Shown: one piece after another, positions 52,000 to 64,000 of the stretch | Position numbering within the stretch: position 1 is the first letter of the stretch | Layout of the letters: every line of letters starts with the position of its first letter | Source of the DNA: Heterodontus francisci | Taxonomy: Eukaryota | DNA: 64,000 nt | NCBI RefSeq assembly: GCF_036365525.1 | Contig: NC_090374.1 | Location: 68,586,903 to 68,650,902 of the forward strand | Direction of reading: 5' to 3' | The notes under the pieces: generated by a model | What the model saw: the letters and a program-made list of their open reading frames with translations, nothing else | Told to the model about the DNA's origin: nothing | Databases searched by the model: none | Position numbers and translations under genes: made by a program

Positions 52000-52520
52000 A
52001 AATGGTGCAGAGCAGTGTTCCAAGGATCAGTGATTATGAACCATTGTTCCTAATTTACATTAATAATTCGGACTTGGAAATTGGAAGTACAATTTTGAAA
52101 GTTGCGGGCAGCAAATTCAGGTTGTAGTTAATACCAAGGAAGATTGTGGCAAAATACAAGAAAACATAATAAATCTACAGTATGTCATAGAGTCATAGTG
52201 AGATATAGCACTGAAACAGGCCCTTCGGCCCACCGAGTCTGTGCCGACCATCAGCCACCCATTTATACTAATCCTACATTAATCCCATAATTATGTGTGG
52301 TAATTGACGAATCAATTTCAATATATATAAGTGTGATGTGGTATATATTGATAATGAGACTAAAGGCCACAACTGCTTGAATGATGAGAGTCTAAATGGG
52401 GTCGAGGAGAAAAGGGATCTAGGGGCACAGAAATGCAAATCACCAGAAGTAGCAACACCGATTAATAAACCCATAAAAAAGTAAACAAAGCACTGGGGTT
52501 CATTTTTAAAGGAATAGAAT
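52000..52520 (+). mobile_element. Highly degraded CR1 RT fragment with an antisense SINE/CR1 3' piece (52185-52290)
   Basis: Remnants GTGTTCCAAGGATCAGTG and GAGAAAAGGGATCTAGGGG; SINE 3' end on the minus strand. Confidence 0.5.
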
Positions 52521-53547
52521 TGAAACAGAGAAGCTCCACACCAGCTTCCTCCCACCCTTCTTCATCTAACCCTATTAGTATATCCTGGTCTCCTTGTTCT
52601 GTATCATTTTGCGAAAGTAGCTCTGAAACCCTTTCACAGTTCAAACTAACTAATTTAAAATGGACTACCGCATCAGCCATCTGCAGACCCAGATCCTTTT
52701 TGGTATGCATCCTATCCTTAACAGTACATTCAAGGCACCACCAGCAGCAACATAGCAATGCTTCAGCCTCATAGAGTCAGTGTGTTGTCCAAGTTATTTC
52801 ATGCAGTAGATTTACTGATGCGTAAAGGGCTTCTGCATCCTCTTTGATTTGAGCCACCAGTGCGAATTGCTATTTTGCCATTGACTGGCTGGCTTGAAAA
52901 TAATCCAGTGACATTTGACACCAATTTGCATGCAAACTAGCAAGAAAAACGCAGCTCTGTTATCTGTGATGTGGGAGAGTTTTAAAAGACCACATCAGGG
53001 AGTTAAACTCATGATTGTCATCTTGTACCCATTTCCTTCGATCCAATTCTTAAATGCTAATATTTATGTAAAAACATATAAATTACTCCAAAGATACTCA
53101 TTACCAAATGTTTCCTTTCTATATTGGTATATCTGCATTTGCAAATGTGTGAATGCTGATTGTCCCTGCGTACCGTAGCATCTTTATTTAAACAATGCCA
53201 TTGTTTTCCAAGCGGCATTAAAACTAGCCTATCATGAAGGTTCTGAGAACTGAAGCCATCCAAGGTTAGAAGTTCATTAACAAAAGTGTTGCATTAGACC
53301 CAATTGTCATATATCGCTTAATATAATGAGAATGTTTTTTTTTGGAAGCCAGGTAGAAGTCAAGAATTGGGTGTTAGTATGATCTCTGCAGGATTAGCTA
53401 TTGGTTAGTTCTGCATTAGTTGAGTGTTTGGATTGGACCCTGTCTTTTAAATCCATCTGATTGAGAAGTGTGGAAATAAAATAAAAATGCAATTAAGTGC
53501 ATTCAAGAGCGAATCTCCATTGTTTTCTCAGATGGATTAATACCTTA

Positions 53548-55139
53548 ATAAAAGCAAAATACTGCGGATGCTGGAAATCTGAAACAAAAACAAGAAATGC
53601 TGGATTCACTCAGCAGTTCTGGCAGCATCTGTGGAAAGAGAAGCAGAGTTAACGTTTCGGGTCAGTGACCCTTCTTCGGAACTGACAAATATTAGAAAAG
53701 TCACAGATTATAAACAAGTGAGGTGGGGGTTGGGCAAGAGATAACAAAGGAGAAGGTGCAGATTGGACCAGGCCACATAGCTGACCAAAAGGTCACGGAG
53801 CAAAGGCAAACAATATGTTAATGGTGTTTTGAAAGACAAAGCATTAGTACAGATTAGGTGTGAATATACTGAATATAGAACATCAGCAAGTGCAAACCTG
53901 AAGAAAAACAACCTGAAAAAAACAGTGGGTAAGCAAACTGAACAAACTAAGATGAAATGAAATAAATGCAAAAAATGTAAAAAGGAATGCAAAAAAAGGA
54001 AGAAAAAATAACTAAAAATGACTAAAAATGAAAGTAAAGTGGGGGGCTGTCATGCTCTGAAATTATTGAACTCAATGTTCAGTCCGGCAGGCTGTAGTGT
54101 GCCTAATCGGTAGATGAGATGCTGTTCCTCGAGCTTGCGTTGATGTTCACTGGAACACTGCAGCAATCCTAGGACAGAGATGTGAGCATGAGAGCAGGGG
54201 GGAGTGTTGAAATGGCAAGCAACCGGAAGCTCAGGGTCCTGCTTGCGGACTGAGCGGAGATGTTCCGCAAAGCGGTCACCCAGTCTGCGCTTGGTCTCCC
54301 CAATGTAGAGGAGACCACACTGTGAGCAGCGAATACAGTATACTACATTGAAAGAAGTACAAGTAAATCGCTGCTTCACCTGAAAGGAGTGTTTGGGGCC
54401 TGGGATAGTGAGGAGAGAGGAGGTAAATGGGCAGGTATTACACCTCCTGCGATTGCAAGGGAAGGTGCCCTGGGACGGGGACGAGGTGGTGGGGGTAATG
54501 GAGGAGTGGACCAGGGTGTCGCGGAGGGAACGATCCCTTCGGAATGCTGACAGGGGAAGGGAGGGGAAGATGCGACTGGTAGTGGCATCACGCTGGAGGT
54601 GGCGAAAATGGCGGAGGATGATCCTTTGGATATGGAGGCTGGTGGGATGAAAAGTGAGGACAAGGGGAACCCTGTCACGGTTCTGGGAGGGAGGGGAAGG
54701 GGTGAGGGTAGAGGTGCGGGGAATGGGTCGGACACGGTTGAGGGCCCTGTCAACCACAGTGGGGGGAAATCCTCGGTTGAGGAAAAAGGTCATATCAGAA
54801 GCACCGTCATGGAAGGTAGCATCATCAGAGCAGATGCGTTGGAGACGGAGAAACTGGGAGAATGGAATGGAGTCCTTACAGGAGGTAGGGTGTGAAGAAG
54901 TGTAGTCGAGGTAGCTGTGGGAGTCAGTGGGCTTATAATGGATATTGGTAGACAACCTATCCCCAGAGATGGAGACAGAGAAGTCGAGGAAGGGAAGGGA
55001 AGTGTCAGAGATGGACCATGTAAAGGTGAGAGAAGGGTGGAAATTGGAAGCAAAGTTGATAAAGTTTTCTAGTTCGGGGCGGGAGCAGGAAACGGCACCG
55101 ATACAGTCATCGGGGGCGGGAGCAGGAAACGGCACCGAT
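53548..55139 (-). mobile_element. 5'-truncated Penelope (Neptune-type) copy
   Basis: Nearly identical to 39335-40872; 12-bp TSD ATTAATACCTTA (53536-53547 and 55140-55151). Confidence 0.95.
53647..53683 (-). ncRNA. Minimal hammerhead ribozyme in the second Penelope copy
   Basis: Identical to 39400-39436. Confidence 0.75.
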
Positions 55140-55587
55140 ATTAATACCTTACTGTGTTCTTGGGTGCATAGGCCTAGATTTTCTTCCCAATAGTGTGAAT
55201 GAACGGAAAATTTAACCCGTGTACTGAGGTGTAAATTATGTGGCATTGCAATATAATGAGGTGTTAATTCCTCAGCACTTACCAAACTTCCTTTTCTGAA
55301 TAAAGTCTTGAAGGTTGCACTAGTCGCTGGCACTATTTTATATTGGGGAATTCTGTTTTGAAATGTGGAACTCCCTACCTCCTACAATCTACTGTTTTTC
55401 TTCCCATAAATTTATTGGTTTTTAAAGCCCAAACTGCTTAATTTCTTAATTACTCATCCATTCTTTTCTATTCTGGTAACCTCAATGAACAATTGCTATT
55501 TTACTCAGGTTTCTTAATTGGAACATAATTTAAAAATGCTGTGGATTCTAGTGACCTGCAAGTTAATTCTATAACTTAAATGTTTAG

Positions 55588-55644
55588 ATTGGAGAAGACT
55601 TCCAACAGAGCTAAAGCCAAGAATCAAAAAGTTAAAAAAAACAA
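55588..55644 (+). CDS. POLR3G: RPC7 coding exon 4 (gene continues past window)
   Basis: TTTAG acceptor; (D)WRRLPTELKPRIKKLKKT+A with the conserved DWRRLP.E motif; 57 nt; GTAAGT donor. Confidence 0.9.
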
Positions 55645-57224
55645 GTAAGTATGATTTGTCACATGACATTTGGTGTGTGAAAATAAAGTTGTTGTTACCC
55701 AAATGGAAGCTAACTAACTTCCACAAATTTTTGTGTGTGCCCAGTTTAAGTGTGCTGGAATTAATGTGTCTCCAATATTGACATTCTGTGGGAAGCAAGG
55801 AAGTAAAATTACAAAAATATTTTTTACCTCCAACTAATGATTGAACAAAATATCTAGTGTATTAAACAACTTTACAACTCATACTATTCATGTCTGAGCA
55901 GTTACCTTTAAGCAAAACTACAATATATAATTTAAGAACATAAAACAAATTAATTTTTTTTTAAACCTGCAGCTTGCTCTGGGTCCCTTGTGGCTTTCAG
56001 GTTCTGCAGTTCCTTCATCAGGCTTCAATTCCTCTGCCAAGTAAAATATTATTTTTGGGAAGTGAGCCAGAGCAGTAGTGACGGGAAATTGGCGGCTCCA
56101 TCTAACCTCTTCCCGTCTCTGCTCACCCCAGTACCACCCCAGTCATTATTTACGTATGATAGGATAGACAAGCAATTGCCAAATAATTGGAGTTGGGAAT
56201 TGGGTGGTCAGCCTCCCTGACCCAAAATTTTTCCAAAATACACCCGATATTGAAGAGGATTCCCTGAGGAAAATCTGTGCTTATTAAATATTTTCGTTTT
56301 TGGTTTTGGATTCTAAATACATCTGGAATATTTTACCTTGTTTTATCTGAAGGACACAATGCGACCAAGAAAAATTATTTTTAGCTCAAGTAGATCAAAT
56401 GAAAACTGAAATAGATATATCAAGTGCTACATTTTATAATACTAGATTTATAAAAGAACAGTAGTTTTGAGAATTAAAGCTTTGGAGCACTGGCAAAACT
56501 GGTCAGTTTTTGAAATGTTTTCAGGTCACATTCTGTTACCCCACTAACAGAGCAAATTACCCCAATGCTAGAGATAGCTTTACCAATACAGTATTAGTTC
56601 TATAATTGACATAAACTTGAAACTTTGTTTTTATTTAACAAGAATTAAGCACTGTTCTTGCCCTCTTCTGTTTCGAGAACCAGACCCTGGTCTACCCTCC
56701 TCACCTTTCTGTTAAAATCATCTTTGTCTAAGAGCCTACCCAGCCCCAACCTGGGTTACTGAGATATCCTTTCTCTTTCCCTCTTTTTTCCCCCTTTAGA
56801 CTCTACACAACGTGACTCATCATCCTCGGTGATTTTCAATTTCCATCTCCACTACCCTTACCCCCTCTCTAAGTTCACCACCAACCTGTATCCCCTAAAC
56901 CTCTCCTTCCATACAAGCTGTCCTATAAATATTCATGGCCAGCACTCTAGCCTCACAATCTACCATGACCTCTTCTCTCATGGCTTGATCACAGACTAGG
57001 ATATCTCCAACTACTTGCTTGTAGCTGTCACTATCCACATCCTCTGATCTGCTTCCAACCTTACTGAAGCAGCTTGGGGCAATTTACTAAGTTAAAGGCA
57101 TCATATAAATGCAAGTTTTTTTTTTTCTTCCTTTTCCATCTGCACTGGGGTGATAAAGCTTTGCTCCTAAAGTTGCTTTGAAACTTCTAACTTTCAGCTT
57201 TTAGCCGTTGATTAGCCACAATAT

Positions 57225-57963
57225 GGGCTGGAATTTATGGGCTCCCGAGGCGGGATTGGGAATGGGGTGGGGGGGGGAGCACACATAGTATTGCGACGGG
57301 TGGTGAGGGGAGCGGCAGGGCGAAGAGCCTATCGCCTCCCCATCGCCCAGCAATCTTCCTGGGGGTGGGTTAGTCCAACAACGGCCTTCCCGCCTCGAGG
57401 CCAATTGTGGCCCTTAGGTGGCCTATTAACCAATTGGAGGCCTCCTTGAGGGTTGGGGGTGGGGCCTCCACCACGCATGGAGGACACCTTGAAAATGAGG
57501 CACCCTCCCTGCAGACTTTTGTGGGTGGGGGGTGGGGGGGAGGCGGAGGGGGGATTCCCTCCTCCGTGGGCAATTTGTAGCCTAGGGAGGACCCTCACCG
57601 GGACCCCCTCCCCCGGACCACAAGACTACTTGCCGGGGCCTTCCGGATTATCCCTGGCGACCCTGCCTCACCTACCTCTTGACCAGGGTTCCAACGCTGG
57701 GCCTGGGTTCGAGGCCTCTGCAGTACCAGCAGTGGCCACGCTCCCAGTGGCGCTACCGATACTGCTGAGCCGGCAGCTCTCTGGCCGGCAGCTCATGGAG
57801 GCGGGATCCCCATCTTTACAGGGACGGGGATCCCACCTCCTGAAACTTGTATTTAAAAAGACTGGAGGATCGCGCCAGGGGGCCACGAAAATGCAGAGGC
57901 GGGGCTCCCCCTGCCTTTTTGGCCTGGTGTCGGGAGCCCCACCTCCTACACAAAATTCAGTCC
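57225..57963. mobile_element. Harbinger-like MITE
   Basis: TIR GGGCTGGAATTT / AAAATTCAGTCC, 3-bp TSD TAT and the shared core; lies within old L2-like sequence. Confidence 0.72.
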
Positions 57964-58519
57964 TATGTTTGCAGCTGTTGATTTACCCAAACACTCCCTC
58001 AGCTCCAGCATTTGATGCCCTTGTCCCCAGGAAAACCTTCACTGTCTCCGAGCCCTCATTTTAGTCCTGGTATGAGCCCTATTTTCACTTCTTCAAATCC
58101 AAGGAGCACAAACTTGAGCTCTGGTGTACAACTGGCTTAGTCATTCATTGTCAGGTTTTGCTAGACTACATCAGGCTCTACCAGACCTCACTTTTGCCCG
58201 CCAAAACATTCCACTGCTCCAGGATCATCCATGAGATTTAAGGATAACCTCTTCTTTTCTCCACTACCAACATCTTTTCTCTGCCCTCTCCACCCTCGCA
58301 TCCACACAACAAATGTAAGGAACTCTTGGACTAAGATAGAGACCATCCCAGCTCCTGAAACTTACATTTTAAAAAAATCTGAAAGATCGCACCAGTGGGG
58401 AACGAAAAGGCAGAGGCAGGGTTACCCCCACCTTTATGGCCCGGCGCTGGGAGCCCTGCCTCCAAAACAAAACCCAGCCCTGTAGTTCTTGCACATCTCT
58501 GATTTCCCTGCAGATTTAC

Positions 58520-58900
58520 TCCTCTAGCTCTCACTATTTGAAGGCCTGTAGAACACCCCCAGTAACATGACCGTATCCTTTTTTTGCTGCACAGTGCTAG
58601 TCAAATAGATTCTGTCTTTGCCCCTTTAAGAACGTTCTCTCTATTTCTAACACTACAATAACTTCCTTCATCAGTGCTGCCACCCCACCTCCCTTTTACC
58701 TATCTTTTCTGAACACTTTGTTCTTGAAAAGTAAGTGCCCAATCCTCACCATTGTTCGGCCACATTTCTGTCATTGCCATGATGTCATATTCCCATAAGG
58801 TGATGTGTGCTCGTAGTTCACCAACCTTACTCATCACACTTTGTGCATGCATTGTAAACTTGACTTTGTATTCCTCGTTGTCCTTCTTAGTCGGCACCTA
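58520..58900 (-). mobile_element. CR1 endonuclease fragment
   Basis: AQSVMSKVGELRAHITLWEYDIMAMTEMW (APE N-terminus) and GGGVA. Confidence 0.6.
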
Positions 58901-58974
58901 TCTGATGGTACTTCCTTCTCCAGTATGATCCAACACTTTCAGTCCTTTATGCACCTATTGCTTTTTTTTCTCTT

Positions 58975-60395
58975 TAATGGAATGTGAGCATTATTGGCTA
59001 GGCCAGCATTTGGTAGCCATCCCTAATTGCCCTTGAGGAGGTGCTGGTAAGCTGCCTTCTTGAACCGCTACTGTCCATGTGGTGTAGGTACACCCACAGT
59101 GCTGTTAGGAAAGGAGTTCCAGGATTTTGACCCAGCGACAGTGAACGAATGGTGATATATTTCTAAGTCAGGATGGTGTGTGGCTTGGAGGGGAACCTGC
59201 TGATGGTGGTGTTCCCATGTATCTGCTGCCCTGTGGTAGAGGTTGCGAATTGGGAAGATGCTGTCGAAGGAGCCTTGGCAAATGTAAGGAACTCTTGGAC
59301 TAAGACAGAGACCATCTTACATTTGCTGCAGTGCATCATGTAAATAGTCCACTGCTGCCACTGTGCACCGATGATGGAGGGAGTGAATGTTGGATGGGGT
59401 ACCAATCAAACGAGTTGCTTTGTCTTGAATGGTGTCGAGTTTCTTGAGTGTTGTTGGAGCTGTACTCATTCAGGTAAGTGGAGAGTATTCCATCACACTC
59501 CTGACCTGTCCCTTGTAGATGGAGGACAGGGTTTGTGGAGTCAGGAAGTGAGTTATTCACTGCAGAATTCCCAGCTTCTGAGCTGTTCTCCTAGCCACAG
59601 TATTTATGTGGCTTGTCCAGTTAAGTTTCTAGTCAATGCTAACCCCACAGGTTGTTGATGGTGGGGAATTCACCAATGGAAATACCTTTGCATGTTAAGG
59701 GGAGATGGTTAAATTCTGTCTTGTTGGAGATGGTCATTGCCTGTCACTTGTGTGGCACGAATATTACTTACCACTTTATCAGCCCAAGCCTGGATGTTGT
59801 CCAGGTATTACTGCATGTGGATACGGACTGCTTCGATATTTGAGGAGTTATGAATGGCGCTGAACACTGCAATCATCAACAAACATCTCCACTCCTGACC
59901 TTATGATAGAGGGAAGGTCATTGATGTAGCAGCTGAAGATGATTAGGCCTAGAACACTGCCCTGGGGAACTCCTGTACCAATGTTCTGGGGCTTAGATGT
60001 TTGGCCTCCAACAACCACAACCATCTTCTTTTGTGCTAGGTTTGACTCCAACCAATGGGGCGATTCCCATTGACTTCAATTTTGCTAGGGCTCCTTGATG
60101 CCACACTCGGTCAAATGCTGCCTTGGTGTCAATGGCAGTAACTCCCACCTCTTGAATTCAGCTCTTTTGTCCATGTTTGGACCAAGGCTGTAATGAGGTC
60201 AGGAGCCGAGTGACCCTGGCAGAACCAAACCGAACATTGGTGAGCAGGTTGTTGCTGAGTAAGTGCCGCTTGATAGCACTGTTAACGACACCTTCCATCA
60301 GTTTGATGATGACGATTGAGAGTAGACTGGGTGTTAATTGGCTGGATTGGATTTTCCCTGCTTTTTGTGGACAGGACGAACCTGGGCGATTTTCC
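58975..60395 (-). mobile_element. Second, degraded copy of the RTE-X/CR1-group LINE (3' half)
   Basis: Colinear with 25640-27040; GVPQGSVLG and FVDD. Confidence 0.8.
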
Positions 60396-60460
60396 CAGTA
60401 GCCCCCAATGCCGAGTACTGGTTTGAGTGTGGCACACACTCCGAAGACTCCTGCACCTTA

Positions 60461-60800
60461 GGGCGGTACAGTGGCGCAGTGGTTAGCACTGCAGCCTCAC
60501 AGCTCCAGCGACCCGGGTTCAGTTCTGGGTACTGCCTGTGTGGAGTTTGCAAGTTCTCCCTGTGACCATGTGGGATTCCGCCGGGTACTCCGGTTTCCTC
60601 CCACAGCCAAAGACTTGCAGGTTGATAGGGCAGTTTACAATGGTCAATTTACCTTAGTGTAGGTAGGTGATAGGAGAATTCAGGGAAGGTGGGGATGTGT
60701 TAGGGAATATGGAATTAATGTAGGATTAGTATAAATGGGTGGTTGTTGGTCGGCACAGACTCGGTGGGCCGAAGGGCCTGTTTCAGTGCTGTATCTCTAT
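60461..60800 (+). mobile_element. HE1-like V-SINE
   Basis: A and B boxes, V-domain and 3' tail. Confidence 0.85.
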
Positions 60801-60809
60801 ATATCTACC

Positions 60810-61090
60810 TTCTGCCTCTGGATGGCTACCGATCTACTATCCTAAATTCTCACTTCCTGTGAGGTGACCACCTCCTGGTATGATGTTGGAAACTTTCATC
60901 CTCCCTGATGTTCCACAGTGACTCCAGCTGCCCCTCAAGCTCGGAAATCCTGAGCTCAAGTTCAAGCAGCTGGAGACGCTTCCTACATACGTGCCCCCAA
61001 CACCCCACCCACCCCCAAAACACATGAAGTGTCCTGAAATTCCCATTTGGCACAGTAATTGCAAGCAACAGGTCTCGGCTGCCTATCCGC
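60810..61090 (-). mobile_element. CR1 ORF1 fragment
   Basis: HVCRKRLQLLELELRISELEGQLESL is similar to the ORF1 Cys/coiled-coil segment at 31740-31830. Confidence 0.6.
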
Positions 61091-61169
61091 AACCTAAGAA
61101 AAAAACGCTATTTCCTCCTTTAGAAGCTAGTTACTACAATATATAAAATATTAATTTTAATTAATGTCT

Positions 61170-62055
61170 TGTTATGACCAGGTGAGAAAGGGGTCTTGGG
61201 TTCCCTCTCAGCCTTCACCTGGTCTTACCATAACAGGATTTAATTCTTAAAACACAGTGTTTTAGCTCCCCCTTGGTGAATCCTTCTTCACCACTTTCCA
61301 ATTATAAGGCAAAGAAACCAGCAGAAACAGGTTTTCTTAGGTTTAAAGAAGAAAAGTTGAAATTTATTAAACTTAAACTCTAATTCGATGACGCCTATGA
61401 ATACAGGATGCGCCCATGCTAACATGCATATGCAATACACATATGCAAATAGAGCAGGAAAAAGCAGAAGAAAAATAAAGTGAAAAGGTTGTAAACAATA
61501 TCTGAAGAGTTTTTGTTGAGGTTCTTCGAGCTCACTGTGTCGAGTCCTTGATTATAGGTAGATCTTGCTTTTAGTTGGGGCCCAGTATTCTTCTTAAACC
61601 TTGTTCACTGTAGGAGACTTTCCTCTCTTGGAATTCATGTGTGGATTCAGAGGTTTGTGAGAAAGAGATGGGAGCAGGCAGGAGAGATCTTCTCAATCTA
61701 GGAGCAAACAGACACTCTGAGTTCAAACTCTCTGTGGCTAGTTCAAAAGACCCTGGAACAGCCAGTTAGTCATGTGACCAGCTGATCTAACCAGTCCTGG
61801 ATTATATCACCTTGGCAGTCTCTGGAATGCTCCTCTTACACATAATACCTGGTGATCAAGGTCCATTGTGGGTTGAATGTGTCAGGGAATAGTCCTCTAT
61901 CCTTACAAACACTGTCTGTTAATATGCAAATGTCATTTCCAGCCATGACTGATCTGTTTAACAAGTCAGTTCCTCACTCCAGCAACATTTTAAAATCAAT
62001 GTTCATGACAAAATTAATGTGCCTCATTCTTGGCAGGTGGGGGCCTAGCATGACA
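61170..62055 (-). mobile_element. Solo LTR (Gmr1-family-like)
   Basis: TGTTATGA...CATGACA termini and 4-bp TSD GTCT. Confidence 0.85.
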
Positions 62056-62397
62056 GTCTCTAGATTTCTCAATACTAATTATTTTACTGTTACATTTACC
62101 CTAATTTAAATTTTATTAATTAGTTTAACTAGTTGAGCTATCAATTTATTTAAACTCTAAAAGTATTATTAAATTTATTATAGTTTTATAGTATTTCAAC
62201 TTTATCCTTCGATTTGATTGATTACGATAAGTTATCAAATTAGCTTTAGCTTTATGCTAATTAATTGATCGAGTCTTGCGTTATAATTAAATTACAGTAA
62301 AAATTAAAAGCTTACCAGTGTACTCACCACTCACCCCCATGTGACTCCTTCTCCCGTGATACCACTTTGTGATATATCCCTGCCTCTTGCCATTGCT

Positions 62398-63117
62398 TGG
62401 CCAGAATTTACGCCACCACCACTCCCTCCACCCCCCCACCCCAGCGAGTGGGCTGAAGGGTAGGGGGGGGGGGTGGTGGGGAGTGAAAAATTGAGTGGGA
62501 GGTGGGGAACGCCGTCTCCATCGCCAACTGCCCCCACTACCATTTTATCAGCGGCAGGGGAGGTGAAAAACAGCCTGCCTGCCCCAGGCCAACTGAAACC
62601 CTTAAGTGGCCAATTAATTGCCACTTAAGGGCTTCCTGCTGCCGCTGGTATATTACCTCCTTGTGTATTCAGGGTGGGTGGGGCCCTCTCCTCATCGGGC
62701 ACCCTGTGTCCCAAGGAGGGCCATCTCAGTGGCACAAACTGCCCCCACTGGATCACTTCCCCCTGTTCTCTTGATTGACCCCCACCCTCTTGCCGGGGCC
62801 CAGCTGATTGTCCCCAACAAGGCCCAAAGCCCCATTCACCTTTCTCAGGGCTGGCGTCGCTGTTGCTGCTCTCACTGGGTGCAGTCCCAGCAATGGCCAC
62901 CAGTGGCGCTGCTGGGCCTGAGGAGCTACCAGCCCTCAGATTGGCCGGCTGTTCTTGAAGACAGGACATCCTGCCTGAGAGGGACAGAAGCTCCGACCAA
63001 AGCCAATTAAGGGCCTGGGCCAGATAAAAGTACAGCATGACTTCCAGGCCTGACAGAGGCAGGGCTCGCCCCCGACTTTGTGAGCAGGGCCTCTGCCACA
63101 ACATAAGCTTCCAGCCC
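62398..63117. mobile_element. Harbinger-like MITE, diverged TIRs
   Basis: TGGCCAGAATTT ... AGCTTCCAGCCC ends; core GAGCT.CCAGCCCTC.GATTGGC. Confidence 0.55.
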
Positions 63118-64000
63118 TCCTCTCTCCTGTTGTGCTTTGCTGCTGCCATGGTTCCTGCGCTGTTTTTAAAGGCTTACTTTAGTAAGAATTTTTGTCACAT
63201 TATACAACACATGCTAGATTTTTGAAAGATTTCTTCCCTTGCTTTTCCAATGCTTTCCATATACAGTCTGCAGCCAGGGGTAGACTGGTCTCTATCTGCA
63301 TTTCCCTAACGATGTTGTTGTACTACAAACACAGTAGCTGCAGGAAGTACTGTGCTGCTGGATAACCCAAATTACACCCCTAGTTCTTCCTTACTTTGAG
63401 TTCAGCAGAACAGTTGGACTAACTGCGTTCTCATTAAATGTCACTTTACACCAAGCCGCAGTGTACAATATGCAGTGCGAACCAATTCATAGCCTTAATC
63501 TTCTTGGCTTCAATGCAGTTTGACTGATGAACTCAGTCCTGAGTTATATTGATACCTTTTGGGTCAGGGTGCATCCAAACCTCATTCACGATATGATGAT
63601 GACACCGCTGCAATGACATTTCCTTTCTCTTTGCCACCAACCCCTAGAGCAGTACTCTATACAGTGAATCAGCTAAATTCAGTGGCTTGGAAAAGAAGAT
63701 CATGATGAGAGGCTACATCCCACCATTTTTTTTTTTGGCACATTGTATTTGTATTCCAGTGCATTGCCCTGTTCCGTTTTCATTTTAAAGTGCTTGATTT
63801 TTGCATTAATTAATCTGAGGTAAATTTTTGAGCCTAAGGCAGCATATTGCAAACTATGACAGATACATTTGCTAATGAACCTTTTTGTGTTTCACTAACA
63901 TGATACCTAAAGTATCTGTATTGTACACAACATTCAAAAAGGAAAAGGTAATTGATGCAGGAAGTAGCTTGATATATAGTGCTTAAGAGAGTTGGACTTG

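Noticed and set aside
33899-55151. Shared TTAAT in the TSDs of the RTE and both Penelope copies as a target motif
   Set aside because: Only three sites from unrelated endonucleases in AT-rich DNA; insufficient evidence.
54050-55333. 427-aa ORF with a unique N-terminus as a domesticated GIY-YIG gene
   Set aside because: Truncated Penelope frame extended into flanking intron with a non-ATG start; the element is young with an intact TSD.
57453-58064. GC-rich ORFs of 170-220 aa (also 49844-50509 and 62625-63149)
   Set aside because: They lie within MITE copies, are low in stops because of GC content, and show no recognisable domain.
63620-63670. Candidate next POLR3G exon after a pyrimidine tract and TAG
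   Set aside because: The required phase-1 frame hits TGA within seven codons and shows no RPC7 similarity.

Overview
Eukaryotic, repeat-dense genomic DNA, most likely from a cartilaginous fish (shark): it has HE1-type tRNA/V-SINEs, CR1 LINEs with 7-8 nt microsatellite tails and a Deu-type SINE. The only host gene I can support is an RNA polymerase III subunit RPC7 gene (POLR3G, with some POLR3GL-like residues) on the + strand. Four coding exons splice in frame: 16430-16546, 37010-37139, 46359-46418 and 55588-55644; the acidic C-terminus lies beyond the window. Most of the rest is transposon sequence, often nested: CR1, L2, RTE and RTE-X-like LINEs; two very young Neptune-type Penelope elements whose terminal repeats carry minimal hammerhead ribozymes; a Gmr1-like Gypsy element (SCAN-like gag, tRNA-Pro PBS); a second Gypsy; several solo LTRs; a Harbinger-like MITE family; and a hAT MITE. 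The most interesting observations are the variant Penelope hammerheads, a LINE whose 5' end is a tRNA-derived Pol III SINE head (with a matching bipartite short element), and the mosaic RPC7 sequence. All family assignments come from reading the sequence and recalled motifs; no database searches were run.
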